IMG/VR virus record: IMGVR_UViG_3300027733_000034
Coordinates: 1 to 64,000 of that record
DNA length: 64,000 nucleotides
Strand: one strand, 5' to 3'
From: a virus
A model generated the notes under the pieces. It searched no databases. It had not been told where the DNA came from and saw only the letters and a list, made by a program, of their open reading frames with translations. Each line of letters starts with the position of its first letter. The stretch's first letter is position 1. This document shows, piece after piece, positions 43,214 to 54,149 of this stretch. A program made the position numbers and the translations under genes.

Positions 43214-43595
43214 GTTGTTTTTTAAAAGAAGAATAATATTTAAGTCGCTGGGTTCTGTTATCAATAGCATCTATTATTTGTTCTGCCATATCTAAAAATT
43301 CAGAATCTGCTTCTGGATTGTCTTTAGTTGTCTTATAAAGTTGTCTCACTATGAGATGTAGTTGTTTGGATAACGGATATCTTTGATTAAGCTTTTCAAA
43401 AATTAAAATTTCATTAGCCTCGTTGGGATTATCTGATAAGTTAGGAACCATTTTGCCATTATTGAAATCTCCTTCCCAATACCATTCCGTCAACTTTAAG
43501 TGATCTGGTATTTCTATTTTTAATATATTAGCTTGGGGTGGGGCATCTGGACTATATCCTATAAAGGTACCTTCTCTGTTAAACAATACATACAT
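43200..43595 (-). CDS. hypothetical protein (possible tail assembly chaperone)
   Basis: 131 aa, directly after the adhesin genes. Confidence 0.6.
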   Translation of the reverse strand: MYVLFNREGTFIGYSPDAPPQANILKIEIPDHLKLTEWYWEGDFNNGKMVPNLSDNPNEANEILIFEKLNQRYPLSKQLHLIVRQLYKTTKDNPEADSEFLDMAEQIIDAIDNRTQRLKYYSSFKKQHESN

Positions 43596-43603
43596 ATGAA
43601 GTA

Positions 43604-44986
43604 TTATGACTCATTTCCTAACAAATGTCCACGAACTGCAAAGTAAACATTGGAGAGACCTATTAAGAAAAAACCAGCACTGCCACCAACTGCAGATTTA
43701 CTATTTTGACCTGGCTTACCAATTTCACCACCAGCTCCTCCAATAGCATCATTAAAATTATCTGAGTCTAATCCTACTCCACCCAGACCACCTTTATTTT
43801 CTGAGGCAATAGATCCGTCCCTGACTACTATTCCCTTACTTTTCAAAAGAGCATTAGTGCCTCTATAACCACCAGCTCCAGGAGCAAATCCGGCACCTCC
43901 ACCACCTCCACCACCAGTAGAGGTACTGCCGTTTAAACCACCGTTGCCGCCACCGCCGCCGCCTCCTCCTCCGAGTATGCTACCATGATTTTCTATAATG
44001 GTTGGTACGAAAGCAGCTATGGCAGTTCCCCCACGCCCTCCTGGCTTGCCGATTTTACCTTTACCAGAATCTCCATCAAAACTATCCCCACCTGCTCCTC
44101 CTTCTCCACCATGACCTCCTATGAGACCATAATTAAAAAGTACTACTGAATCTCCTTCTTCTAAATTAGACAAAGTCATCGCCGCAATTCTTGAATTTGA
44201 AGAAGTAATACGGACTCCAGGTGAAACTGTTACTATAATGTCGGTGTGTCCTGATATATAACCAGGCAGTTTATCTGTATAATCTACTATATTAAAATCA
44301 ATAACATCTTTAGTGATGTTTAGAGTTGCAGATGTTCTACCGGTGGTCGTATTAAGAGTAGGACCTATTAAATTAACAAAATCCCATTTACCAGCTCCGG
44401 CCATAAATGTTACAATCTTGCCAAATTTAAAATACACATCGGCTCTAGAAATAGATGCAGTCACATACCGGTTCATATAGGATATGTCCGCTGAGGATAA
44501 TTTCGTAGTTATTAAATCATTTGGTCTGCTTTGATTGGTTGCTGTACTGTATAAAAACATACAGACATTAATTTTTGTAAGTTCTGGATAATTAATTGCT
44601 GGAAAATTTGCATCTACATAGGTTTGTGCTAAAGATGTTATTTGTTCTATAGTAGACTTATAATTTGGATTGGAGATGGTTTTGCCATCTGTAGAATCTA
44701 TATTTACTTCATAAACTACGGAAAATTCTTTGGTTTGCCAAATAGAACTTAATAAAGAAACTGCGGTATAGGCATTGTTATATCTTTGCAGATCACCAAG
44801 AGAAGATAGTAAATGTAAACGAGAAGTGAAAGAATCTAAAAATTTTGTAGCACTATCACTAGAGAAAAATTTTGTATCCAGATTACATATTTCTGCTTCT
44901 AATTTTAAAGCATTGTAATTATGCTTACCTGCGTCGTTACCAACACAATCGTCTGGAAACATTTCAAATGTAAAATTTCGATTCAT
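43604..44986 (-). CDS. tail adhesin with a T-even gp38-like polyglycine domain
   Basis: VSPGV.I.S..NYG.IGG.GG.GG...GG.A...I.N.G.I.GGGGGGGG; start moved to MNRNFTF. Confidence 0.7.
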   Translation of the reverse strand: MNRNFTFEMFPDDCVGNDAGKHNYNALKLEAEICNLDTKFFSSDSATKFLDSFTSRLHLLSSLGDLQRYNNAYTAVSLLSSIWQTKEFSVVYEVNIDSTDGKTISNPNYKSTIEQITSLAQTYVDANFPAINYPELTKINVCMFLYSTATNQSRPNDLITTKLSSADISYMNRYVTASISRADVYFKFGKIVTFMAGAGKWDFVNLIGPTLNTTTGRTSATLNITKDVIDFNIVDYTDKLPGYISGHTDIIVTVSPGVRITSSNSRIAAMTLSNLEEGDSVVLFNYGLIGGHGGEGGAGGDSFDGDSGKGKIGKPGGRGGTAIAAFVPTIIENHGSILGGGGGGGGGNGGLNGSTSTGGGGGGGAGFAPGAGGYRGTNALLKSKGIVVRDGSIASENKGGLGGVGLDSDNFNDAIGGAGGEIGKPGQNSKSAVGGSAGFFLIGLSNVYFAVRGHLLGNES

Positions 44987-44994
44987 AAATTTAT

Positions 44995-46650
44995 TTAAAT
45001 GGCTGGTCCTCGAACATCCCCTATATTTGACCAAGACACATACGAATTGCCTACAATATAATAACCAGCATTGCCAGGAGATTTTTTATCAAAATTTACA
45101 AGACTAGACGCAGAAGAACCATTCAATCCAAGATTGCCGCCAGCTCCTCCTAATGTATATAATGAACCAGAATCAGAAGATGAACCCCCAGATAAAAGTG
45201 TTCCGTTTTTGCCAGGTACTACATAAACTTTAGTTGTGCCAGAACTTCCTCCTGCTCCTGGGAGACTTCCAGCACCACCACTACCGGCAGCAGATGGATG
45301 AATCGCCTGAAAGCCGACAACCATAAAATCACCAATAGAACCACCACCACCACCACCACCGCTAATAACTCCAACATTTTTAATTGAAACATTAGAATTG
45401 ATTTGTAAAGCATCTCCTCCGTTTTCAGCCTCATTAGAAACTCCGGCTCCAACACCACCAGCTCCGACTATATAACCATAATTATTAATTGTAATTTTAC
45501 TGGAAAATGGTAAACTTTCCACAGTAAATGCTGGCTTGTTTGTAGAAGAAGAACCTACAATCACTCCTTCTTTGATATTAATAGTTACAATTGGTGTTAA
45601 TTTTTGATCCCAACCCTTATCTATTAATGCCTGTTTTGTGCTAAAATTATAAGTGTTAGATGTTATGTCTATAACAAAATTTGCAGTGGTGGGTGGTGGC
45701 GGAGTGTCCACTATTGGAGGTGTGTGTATTACTGGAGAGACTGTTTGTGGTGTAGTAATTTGATTGCCAACCACACTATCAAAAACCCAAGCACAATTAG
45801 ACACCTTAAATCTTAGAGAATTTAAAGCCGTATTTTCTCTACGATTGGTGTAGTCAATATACAGTTTCATTTGTATCCTACCCTCTCCCTGTAAAGCGCT
45901 CGCAGTTATGACAGAAGCTGGAGTTTGTTTGGCAATCATTTCTCCGGTCCAAGGTGGTCCTTCTTTTTCTTCATAATAAACGGCTCCATCTACAGAAAGT
46001 GTTTCGGGGTCACTTATGTTTTCATAAGGAAAATCAAATTGACAATATACCGTTTTGGTTTGAGGACATTTTAATATGAGACCATTGCAATTCAAATCTC
46101 CATTAGAACAATAACCGATGCCAGAACCATATGTAGCACACTGAGCATAAGCTATAGCCGTACCAGTCCTGCAAGTAGTGGGATCTGTTTTTGAAATCTG
46201 TTTGGATATTATTTCTTCTGTAAAAGAAAAGTTGGTAATAATGGCTTCTTGATTTTCTGCATATAGAGGTATGGTGGATGTTGGGTTGGTTACGGGAAAA
46301 TGGTTATTAAGCCAGTTTCCGATTTCTTCAACTACTGCAGCTGGCTTGCTCGTTTTAGAATTGTAAATACCGGGATAAAAAATGGTTAAAGGTTTTAACC
46401 ATTTAGCACTATTAGTTTCTACGGTAGAAGCAAAGGAAATCCATGTAGCAGAATTTTGTTTTGCTAAAGTCAAAGCATTATCCCAACCATCTTGATTGTA
46501 TAAAAATAAATCAAACAAAGGTTGCCACAAACTTTCTGCACTGAGTTTTATGTTATAAACCCATTTATCCAAATTAGCATAGTTCTGATTCATTAGTTGT
46601 AATGAATCTCCTATGAAATCTGTTTTTGATACTGGTAAAGTAGTTGGCAT
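44995..46650 (-). CDS. tail adhesin with a Cys-rich insert and gp38-like polyglycine domain
   Basis: same gp38-like pattern; N-terminal domain shared with its neighbours. Confidence 0.7.
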   Translation of the reverse strand: MPTTLPVSKTDFIGDSLQLMNQNYANLDKWVYNIKLSAESLWQPLFDLFLYNQDGWDNALTLAKQNSATWISFASTVETNSAKWLKPLTIFYPGIYNSKTSKPAAVVEEIGNWLNNHFPVTNPTSTIPLYAENQEAIITNFSFTEEIISKQISKTDPTTCRTGTAIAYAQCATYGSGIGYCSNGDLNCNGLILKCPQTKTVYCQFDFPYENISDPETLSVDGAVYYEEKEGPPWTGEMIAKQTPASVITASALQGEGRIQMKLYIDYTNRRENTALNSLRFKVSNCAWVFDSVVGNQITTPQTVSPVIHTPPIVDTPPPPTTANFVIDITSNTYNFSTKQALIDKGWDQKLTPIVTINIKEGVIVGSSSTNKPAFTVESLPFSSKITINNYGYIVGAGGVGAGVSNEAENGGDALQINSNVSIKNVGVISGGGGGGGSIGDFMVVGFQAIHPSAAGSGGAGSLPGAGGSSGTTKVYVVPGKNGTLLSGGSSSDSGSLYTLGGAGGNLGLNGSSASSLVNFDKKSPGNAGYYIVGNSYVSWSNIGDVRGPAI

Positions 46651-46651
46651 A

Positions 46652-47437
46652 TTAAGTTATAAGGTTCCAAGAATTATTTATATTTTTATATCTTTGTCTT
46701 ACAATACGAGCTGTGGTGGAATCTGCTCCAGTCAAGGAATAAGAAATAGATAATGTTTTGGCACCAGAAGAAGGGCAAGGAGCTGACACGGCTAACGCTG
46801 GTGTAGTATAGGTACAATGGTCATATGCATTATCACAAGGACCCCAACCAGCATTACCGCCGTGATGATTACAACCCCGAGAATGGGGGTTACTGCAACT
46901 CGAACAATTAATGGTAGCACCTCCACCAGTTGGAGTACAGGGTTCTTCTAATTTTCTCGCAAAGGTATAAGAAAAATTATAATCTTTAAAAAGATTTACA
47001 TACACAGAAACTGTTTGACCTTCTGTATAATTAGAAGAAATAAAGTTAGCATTTAACCAATTAGGAATACTTAGGTTAATATAATTAGAATTAGTATACC
47101 AATCATCAAAACTAATAACAGTTGGAAATACTAGACTAAATTCCATACTCCAATTAGAACTTAATTGTTTAACTGTATTATGAGCGGTATTCCATCGTTC
47201 ACCGAAATTTTTTAAATTAGACGTAACACTTAACCAAGCCGCACTATTAGATGAAAATAAAGAATACAAGGCATTCCAGTTTGTCGCTTTTTCTTCTAAA
47301 GAAGATAAACTATAAGAAAGGGCTTCTACATTGTAATTAATGACGTCTACAGATTTATCTAAACACAAATCTTCATCTATCAAATGAATGATAGAACAAT
47401 CATAATTTAATTTTTCTGGTAAAGAAGCTAAAATCAT
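46652..47437 (-). CDS. structural protein, paralog of the adhesin N-terminal domain, Cys-rich
   Basis: W..L..LF..NS..W...TV..LS..W...F...FP shared with 44995-46650. Confidence 0.65.
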   Translation of the reverse strand: MILASLPEKLNYDCSIIHLIDEDLCLDKSVDVINYNVEALSYSLSSLEEKATNWNALYSLFSSNSAAWLSVTSNLKNFGERWNTAHNTVKQLSSNWSMEFSLVFPTVISFDDWYTNSNYINLSIPNWLNANFISSNYTEGQTVSVYVNLFKDYNFSYTFARKLEEPCTPTGGGATINCSSCSNPHSRGCNHHGGNAGWGPCDNAYDHCTYTTPALAVSAPCPSSGAKTLSISYSLTGADSTTARIVRQRYKNINNSWNLIT

Positions 47438-47438
47438 A

Positions 47439-50400
47439 TTATATCCAATTTATTTTATATAAAGACATATGGGCCGGTGATATTTTATAAACACTTTGTT
47501 TTATTGCACTTTCTAGATATTTTTTTGTTTTTTCATCTCCATTAAAGTTGTGTATGTTTATATTATAATATTTACTTTTACTCCCTGGAAGTTGCATTTT
47601 AAACCAATGTTCTATTTCTTCCACATAATGTCTATTACCACTAGGCATGTTCCATACCAAATCATGATGAGAGTCAGAAAATTTAAAACAAAGATAAAGT
47701 TGTTCTATGTCTCCATATTCTAGGGATTTGTTATAAATTCTTAAATCCGCCACTTTACCTATAAATTTATAAGCATCTTGTACCAATACCACATCATTTA
47801 AAGTACTATTTTTAACAGAGTCGGCTCCTAATAATAAAGAAGATCTATAGGTAAAATATAAATGTTTATTATCTGGTATAATTTTAGAATCTATTAAAAC
47901 AGCATCTAAATAAAAATTTGCTTTATGATTTTCAGTATCAAAATTTAAAACAAAATGATGCCATCCTGGTTTTAATATTGTAGTGTCACAGGTAAGTGTC
48001 AAGTCTTCTAAAGACGTTCCAGACGGGTAACCTATTTTAAGTTTCCAAGACAATGATTTGTTAAATTTGTAAAATTTACGCAAAAATTGAAATCCGGAAA
48101 AGTCTCCACTGGCACAAAATACTGGAGAAAAATTATTTAAATTGTCTAATGTGGATAAATCTGTTCTGGCTATCAAATCCCCACTCATATCCATCATATA
48201 CAATTCTTTGTCTCGGGCGTCTATGATTACAGCTAGGTCTTGGAATGAAAATTTTGTACAGCCTTTAATAGGGGTTTTGACAAAATTAATATATCTAAAA
48301 GTCTCTGTGGTTCTGATACAAATATCTTCTTCTACATTAGCCCTTTTGCCTATGCGAGTGGTTCTAATTATACCAAAATCATCAATTCTAGATATACTAT
48401 CTTGATCATGAAGTACCCATACATTATTAGAAGAATCACAAGTTATTTGTTGAACTGGTCCAAATGTAGCAAACATGGTTGGGGTGCCATGAGTATCAGT
48501 TAAAGGGTTGTATGCAGTTTTATAAACATTGTTACCCAAAGACTGCCAAATATTACCTTTATTATCTATTGTAGAACAATTTCCGTAAATTTCTAAAACC
48601 TGCAATAGTTTTGTTCGGGTATTTGCTGTTTTATATTTAAAAATTTCTATGCGTCTTGTATTTTTGTTTTTCAAATAAACATTGTCTATAAAAACTCCAT
48701 CTGAAGAAATTTTAGTAATTTGTTGTTTTGAATTTTGATACAAATATAATACTCCAGTGTCATCCACTTCTATTTGGGTTATTCCATAAGTTCCTGTATA
48801 GGTTTTAATTAAAATGTTGTCTACATCATATTTGTAACCAATAGCGTTGTTTGTATCAAAAATCCAATAGCTAAAATCAAATAACCTAATTGTTATAAAA
48901 TTAGTAGAAGAAATCGGAGCAGTTCGTGTAGTTGGTAAATTGGATATATTGGTAATTTTGTTTTGATAATTTAAACTAAAGATCTGGCCACCGGCTCGAT
49001 CTACCATAGTAAACAATGGAGCTGTCATAGCACTGTTGTTTATTAATCCATATCCACTATTATAATAATTTCCAAAAATTTGACTTCCTTGAATGTCATT
49101 CCAATCTTCCACATTTACCCACAAAGAAGTAGTAAAGTGTCTGGTTTCTAAAAGATTAGTTCTGGCTGGAAAGACTGCATGAGTGGTTCCATCCAATTCC
49201 CAATAATCTGAATTTTGAAGATCTAATCTATTGGTATGCACTATGCCATTATGATTATAAACTGAAGAATCCATTAAAGGAGATTGGCTCCAATCTGTTA
49301 TTTCTAAAACCTTAGATCCTAAAGAAGAATTTTTAGCACCGTCTAGATATGGTATATAGGATAAATTAGTTTCTGGACCGACATGAAAATATTTATAAAA
49401 TGCTCCGGGTTCCATATACAAGGTTGATGGAACATCATATACATAATTTTGATTAGGGTCTAGACGATCATTATATAACATGACCTGAGCAGACAAAGCT
49501 TGATCAAATGTATAATAAGCTGAATTATAAAATCTATCTAACCAAACCTTATCTCCAGCATTAGAGCCAGATAACCAAGCTCCTAACCAAGTATTAGAAT
49601 TAATTGAAATACTGGGAGGTTGTGGTAGACCTACGATGGTATCTTTATAATCTATTTGTCTGGCATATATTCTATCAGAAACAAAGGGATGGTGTCCAGC
49701 AACTGCTCCATCTTCTATTAATCCAACATTTTGAATAGGAGTTCTTTCAGCAGTTGGTGTATAACTAAATGGAGTTTCTTTATCTTTTATAAAAACTCTT
49801 TCTACTCCAAAAGCCTGATATCCGAGATGAACCTTATCCAATCCACCGTCTTGATTAGTACCCGTAAAGATAGATTCATACACTCTTTGAATACCGGAGA
49901 AACCTCCTACATAGTCAGAATGCATGCTATAATTGTATTCTGGAGTTTGATAGTTTTTTAACCCGTGGATATTTAACTCATAAACTGCGCGTCCGTCTTT
50001 TAACTTTGGATATTCGAAGGCATACTGGCCTAGATAATTTTGCAAGAAAGGACTAACATTTGTTATTGGATCCGGAGTTATTTCTCCTCTGTAATCTAAT
50101 TTGCTAGTAGTATATTTAGTGATATGAGAATTTGAAACTTCTCGATCTTCTATTGGTCTGTGTTTATAAGAAATAAATTTTAAAAATCCAGAAGTCGGAA
50201 GAGGTCTACCTGGATAACCAGCGTCCACAAACCAAGGAAATATTTTAAATATTTTAGAAGTAGTTGTTGAATCTAAACCAACAAAATATCGAAAACTAGT
50301 ATTTGGTACAAATAAACAAATACCATCTTCACTTAAAATGTAAGCGAATTTTTGAGTAATACTTTCTGGAAATTTTCTAGGAGCAAATCGTAATACCGAA

Positions 50401-50984
50401 GAACCTGTACTAGAAATGGTAGAGGTGTCCCAGGTTAATAAAAACCTATGAGGAGATTTGCTATTGGCTTTATTAAAAGAAGGAGTTTCTACCATTACCA
50501 AATCTTTATCTGCGATTGGATCTATTGTTTCCTCATCTCTTACAAATATAAATTTTAACGTATCATTAGCAGAAATATTGACCGGGTAACCAACTGTGTT
50601 GGGTGCTGCTCTTGTGGTTTGCTGTAAATAACTAGCAGCAACTCCAGAAGAGGTATTAGTGGTTTGAATACCAACTACATTATCATACGGATAAGAGGTT
50701 GTGGCTACTGGAGTCTCTATAACTCTAAGAGGTTCCTCTATTGCCGGATGTTGATGTACTTCAAAGGCAGAAGTGGAATTAATTAAATTGCTTAAAATTA
50801 ATCCAGTTTTTCTATTAAAAGAGGTGTCTTTAAAATTCTTAAAAAGAGGAGACAATCCCAACTTCATTCCGCCTCTAAAACTTAAATCTGTTTGTTTTAC
50901 AGTAAACTGTCCACCGGCTACATCAAAATGTATAGGTTGCCAGGTTATTTGATTTAAATCTGGAAAATTAATAGAAGCAGCCAT
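47439..50984 (-). CDS. large structural protein with LamG/ConA-like and beta-propeller regions
   Basis: FTTSLWV, GWHHFVL.FD....FYLD, F.GK.ADLRIYNKSL; TATAAATA box upstream. Confidence 0.75.
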   Translation of the reverse strand: MAASINFPDLNQITWQPIHFDVAGGQFTVKQTDLSFRGGMKLGLSPLFKNFKDTSFNRKTGLILSNLINSTSAFEVHQHPAIEEPLRVIETPVATTSYPYDNVVGIQTTNTSSGVAASYLQQTTRAAPNTVGYPVNISANDTLKFIFVRDEETIDPIADKDLVMVETPSFNKANSKSPHRFLLTWDTSTISSTGSSVLRFAPRKFPESITQKFAYILSEDGICLFVPNTSFRYFVGLDSTTTSKIFKIFPWFVDAGYPGRPLPTSGFLKFISYKHRPIEDREVSNSHITKYTTSKLDYRGEITPDPITNVSPFLQNYLGQYAFEYPKLKDGRAVYELNIHGLKNYQTPEYNYSMHSDYVGGFSGIQRVYESIFTGTNQDGGLDKVHLGYQAFGVERVFIKDKETPFSYTPTAERTPIQNVGLIEDGAVAGHHPFVSDRIYARQIDYKDTIVGLPQPPSISINSNTWLGAWLSGSNAGDKVWLDRFYNSAYYTFDQALSAQVMLYNDRLDPNQNYVYDVPSTLYMEPGAFYKYFHVGPETNLSYIPYLDGAKNSSLGSKVLEITDWSQSPLMDSSVYNHNGIVHTNRLDLQNSDYWELDGTTHAVFPARTNLLETRHFTTSLWVNVEDWNDIQGSQIFGNYYNSGYGLINNSAMTAPLFTMVDRAGGQIFSLNYQNKITNISNLPTTRTAPISSTNFITIRLFDFSYWIFDTNNAIGYKYDVDNILIKTYTGTYGITQIEVDDTGVLYLYQNSKQQITKISSDGVFIDNVYLKNKNTRRIEIFKYKTANTRTKLLQVLEIYGNCSTIDNKGNIWQSLGNNVYKTAYNPLTDTHGTPTMFATFGPVQQITCDSSNNVWVLHDQDSISRIDDFGIIRTTRIGKRANVEEDICIRTTETFRYINFVKTPIKGCTKFSFQDLAVIIDARDKELYMMDMSGDLIARTDLSTLDNLNNFSPVFCASGDFSGFQFLRKFYKFNKSLSWKLKIGYPSGTSLEDLTLTCDTTILKPGWHHFVLNFDTENHKANFYLDAVLIDSKIIPDNKHLYFTYRSSLLLGADSVKNSTLNDVVLVQDAYKFIGKVADLRIYNKSLEYGDIEQLYLCFKFSDSHHDLVWNMPSGNRHYVEEIEHWFKMQLPGSKSKYYNINIHNFNGDEKTKKYLESAIKQSVYKISPAHMSLYKINWI

Positions 50985-51018
50985 TAATATATTTATAACA
51001 ATTATTAAAAAACCAATT

Positions 51019-51396
51019 CTAATTTTTATAGTTCTCTGATTTTAAATCAGAAACACTATAATTTTCAAATTCTAATCTAAAAAATAAGTCATTTAATATT
51101 TTTTCATCAGAACAAATTGCTAGAATTTCTTTATACTTGTTTAAACTTTTATAAGCCAAATCTACAATAAATTCATTTGTAGAGAAAACTGCTACAATGT
51201 CTTTTATATTAAATGTTAATTTTTTTTGAGTAATAAAATCTAATAGAGTTAAAGTTCCATCCGGGCCCTCTAATGGATCTGTATCATCTAAAAGCATAGT
51301 TACATATTTTAAATGATAGATTTCTTCAGAAATTTTTAAAGTTATTCTAACAATTTTAAGAGGATTTGATAAATTTTCTAATAATAATTCCAACAT
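51019..51396 (-). CDS. hypothetical protein
   Basis: 125-aa ORF. Confidence 0.55.
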   Translation of the reverse strand: MLELLLENLSNPLKIVRITLKISEEIYHLKYVTMLLDDTDPLEGPDGTLTLLDFITQKKLTFNIKDIVAVFSTNEFIVDLAYKSLNKYKEILAICSDEKILNDLFFRLEFENYSVSDLKSENYKN

Positions 51397-51440
51397 AAAT
51401 TTATTTATTCTTATTGTAAAAATTAATAGATCGAATTAAA

Positions 51441-52385
51441 TTAATCGCAACATATATTTGCACTTGCACTATATTCTACGACCGAACAATCGGTAAATAC
51501 ATTGTCATAATAACATCCTCCAGAGCCGTTTGTTAATATTGAATCTGGGTGGTAGTCACAAACAACTCGGTCACAAACCGAACAATATTCATAAGCTCCA
51601 ATGCTGGGTGCTAGATATAATACAGTACCAGCTCCATAAAAATAACTTACACCATAAGTACCACCAAATCCATTTGTTGTTGTATCCGTAGATCCGGTAG
51701 CATATCCATAACAATTTCCGTATCCAACAGAAGATACTACCACACCATTAGTTTGAGGAATGCTGTTTAAATCTGCTGTTGAATTCATGGTGTAAGAGCT
51801 TCCTACAGTGGTTCCATTACGAGTAATTGTATTGGAAACATTTAAACCAACAGTTACAGAAAATTTAAAACATTTGTTATATGTTTTATCTATCACTAAA
51901 ATTTCATAAGAAGTGCCAGAATCTAAACCAGCCAATGTTATATTAGTATTTGCAGCCACATCTTGTTGCAAATAACCTGTATTACTAGTTGTATGTTTTC
52001 TAACCTGATAATTGTTACTAGTTCCAGAAAGTTTAAAAATAATGCTACCGTTATTACTTCCCCCAGAACCAGTTTCTGGTGTTGACTGGACTATGGTTAA
52101 AGTAATATTGTAATTTGAAGAACCGTAAAAATTACTCAACGTTATAGTACCAGAAGTAGGTATAGCACTATTATCTGAAGAATTGGGAACACGTTCTTTA
52201 ACTATTAAATCATTGTTTTGCCCAACTAGTCCTCTATAATATTGAGATAAACCAACAAACTCAACACCGTTATAGTATGGGTAGCCGGAGTCGGCATCTA
52301 CTCCGGCTAAAACATTAATAATGGGAATACCATATTCATTCCTAATATCACTCATTTTAATAGTTCCAGAACTAGGTAAAGCCAT
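51441..52385 (-). CDS. tail fibre tip/adhesin-associated protein
   Basis: MALPSSG.I..SDI..E.G...LS.YY...IPTSGTI.LS.FYG N-terminus, typical of genes following S74 fibres; Cys-rich C-terminus. Confidence 0.7.
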   Translation of the reverse strand: MALPSSGTIKMSDIRNEYGIPIINVLAGVDADSGYPYYNGVEFVGLSQYYRGLVGQNNDLIVKERVPNSSDNSAIPTSGTITLSNFYGSSNYNITLTIVQSTPETGSGGSNNGSIIFKLSGTSNNYQVRKHTTSNTGYLQQDVAANTNITLAGLDSGTSYEILVIDKTYNKCFKFSVTVGLNVSNTITRNGTTVGSSYTMNSTADLNSIPQTNGVVVSSVGYGNCYGYATGSTDTTTNGFGGTYGVSYFYGAGTVLYLAPSIGAYEYCSVCDRVVCDYHPDSILTNGSGGCYYDNVFTDCSVVEYSASANICCD

Positions 52386-52390
52386 AAAAA

Positions 52391-53806
52391 TTATTTAGAT
52401 TTTAATATTTCTATTTCTGTCTTTAATTCTTTTATAGCTTGAATTAATAATGGGACTATTTTTTCATATTTAACAGCTTTGTAACCAGTCTCTCTGTTCA
52501 TTACAACACTAGGAAGTACCTTTTCAATTTCCTGAGCAACGACTCCTACATCATGGCCACTATACACCTCTTGAAGCTCTGTATCCCAATCATATTCTAT
52601 TCCTCTGATGGTTGAAATTTTTTCCAAAGCATCTGAAATTTCTATAATATTTTTCTTCAATCGTATATCAGAACTATAATATGCTACAACATCTCCAGTA
52701 GCATATAAAGTTCCTTGGACCGTAGTGTCTCCTCCTATATTTCCGTAGAACGTGCCGCTTAAAGCAGATGCATAAACTAGAGCGTTGTTGATGACTGTTG
52801 ATCCGATTAACTTATAAAGATATATTGTACCAGCATAAACTACAGCAGTCTGTTTAGTTCCATCTGAAGACATTGCTACGCCTCTCCAATCTCTGACTGG
52901 ATCGTTAGTGGGTGTCCAATTATTTCCGGAATCACTAGAAGTGTATATTTGCCCACTCGATACATCGTACATAGATACAGCAGTTTGTTTAATACCATCA
53001 GAAGACATTGCAACTGCTATCCATTTTTTGTTAGAAACTTTAGGTGTCCAAGTATTTCCAGAATCAGTAGAAACGTATATTTGTCCTCCATTTTCTACTG
53101 CGGTTTGTTTAGTACCATCTGAAGACATTGCAACTGCATTCCAATTTCTGTTAGAATCTTTAGCAACCCAATTATTTCCAAAATCAGTAGAAACGTATAT
53201 TCGACCTCCTGCACTTTCTACTGCGGTTTGTTTAGCACCATCTGAAGACATTGCAACTGCTATCCAATTTCTGTTAGAATCTTTAGCAACCCAATTATTT
53301 CCAGAATCTGTAGAAACGTATATTCGACCTCCCATTACTACAGCGGTTTGTTTTGTACCGTCTGAAGACATTGCTACACCTCTCCACCATCTAACAGAAT
53401 CTTTAGGAATCCAAGTATTTCCAGAATCTGTAGAAACGTATATTCGGCTTGTACTAGTTACTGCGGTTTGTTTTATACCGTCTGAAGACATTGCTACACT
53501 AGACCAAGCTCTCTGAGAATCTTTAGTAGTCCAAGTATTACCAGAATCTGTAGAAATGCATAGTAGACCATCACTAGGGACAGCTGTTTGTTTTGTACCG
53601 TCTGAAGACATTGCAACACTAAACCAAAGTGCGTTAAAAGGTTGGGTAGGAGCTTTGGTGCTAAAATCTGAATCCAATATATTTATAGAAGATGCATACA
53701 AAGTCGGAGCAGAAACACTAGAAGTAAAAGTAGCAATAGCCGGAAGACTGGCGCTGGAACGAACTCCGTTTGTTTCCACTAAAACTCCATTAAAATATTT
53801 GTTCAT
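52391..53806 (-). CDS. tail fibre protein: BNR/Asp-box beta-propeller plus C-terminal peptidase S74 intramolecular chaperone
   Basis: 7 repeats W..VAMSSDG.KQTAV...IYVSTDSGN.W; SDIRLKKNI...GVVAQE...Y.KIVPLLI.AIKEL. Confidence 0.85.
   Translation of the reverse strand: MNKYFNGVLVETNGVRSSASLPAIATFTSSVSAPTLYASSINILDSDFSTKAPTQPFNALWFSVAMSSDGTKQTAVPSDGLLCISTDSGNTWTTKDSQRAWSSVAMSSDGIKQTAVTSTSRIYVSTDSGNTWIPKDSVRWWRGVAMSSDGTKQTAVVMGGRIYVSTDSGNNWVAKDSNRNWIAVAMSSDGAKQTAVESAGGRIYVSTDFGNNWVAKDSNRNWNAVAMSSDGTKQTAVENGGQIYVSTDSGNTWTPKVSNKKWIAVAMSSDGIKQTAVSMYDVSSGQIYTSSDSGNNWTPTNDPVRDWRGVAMSSDGTKQTAVVYAGTIYLYKLIGSTVINNALVYASALSGTFYGNIGGDTTVQGTLYATGDVVAYYSSDIRLKKNIIEISDALEKISTIRGIEYDWDTELQEVYSGHDVGVVAQEIEKVLPSVVMNRETGYKAVKYEKIVPLLIQAIKELKTEIEILKSK
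52840..53630. repeat. about 117-bp tandem coding repeats (propeller blades)
   Basis: recurrent TCTGAAGACATTGC and CCAGAATCTGTAGAAACGTATATT units at about 117-120 bp spacing. Confidence 0.85.
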
Positions 53807-53811
53807 AATTT

Positions 53812-54120
53812 TTAAAATCTAATTTGTTTATGTTCTGTACCAACTCGACAATTAATAATTCCTCTTCCAGAAGGAAGTTCTACATCTGCTGCAATTAATT
53901 CTGCTCCTTCTATTTTATGTTTATCATAAATTTCTTGAGCAGTTGCTACATCTTCAGAAGTTGCTTGAATTATTAATTGTTGAAAAAATTCTTCAATTTT
54001 TAATTTATCTTCTTCAGTTTGGGTGTCTGGTGATTTTTCTATAATTTTTAGCAAATTTACAGATGGTGATAGAGATCTACGTTCCGACCAAGTTGTTCCG
54101 GTTAAATTTAATTGTTTCAT
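53812..54120 (-). CDS. hypothetical protein
   Basis: 102-aa ORF; ATAAATA box upstream. Confidence 0.65.
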   Translation of the reverse strand: MKQLNLTGTTWSERRSLSPSVNLLKIIEKSPDTQTEEDKLKIEEFFQQLIIQATSEDVATAQEIYDKHKIEGAELIAADVELPSGRGIINCRVGTEHKQIRF

Positions 54121-54149
54121 ATTATCAATATTTATTAAAATATAAAGTA

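Noticed and set aside
52908-53516. 202-aa + strand ORF and other antisense ORFs within long genes (e.g. 12151-12384, 30530-30886, 56887-57252)
   Set aside because: Antisense shadows of well-supported minus-strand genes.
52840-53630. CRISPR array or DGR template/variable repeat
   Set aside because: The repeats are in-frame coding propeller blades; differences are not adenine-specific as far as I can see, and no reverse transcriptase is present.
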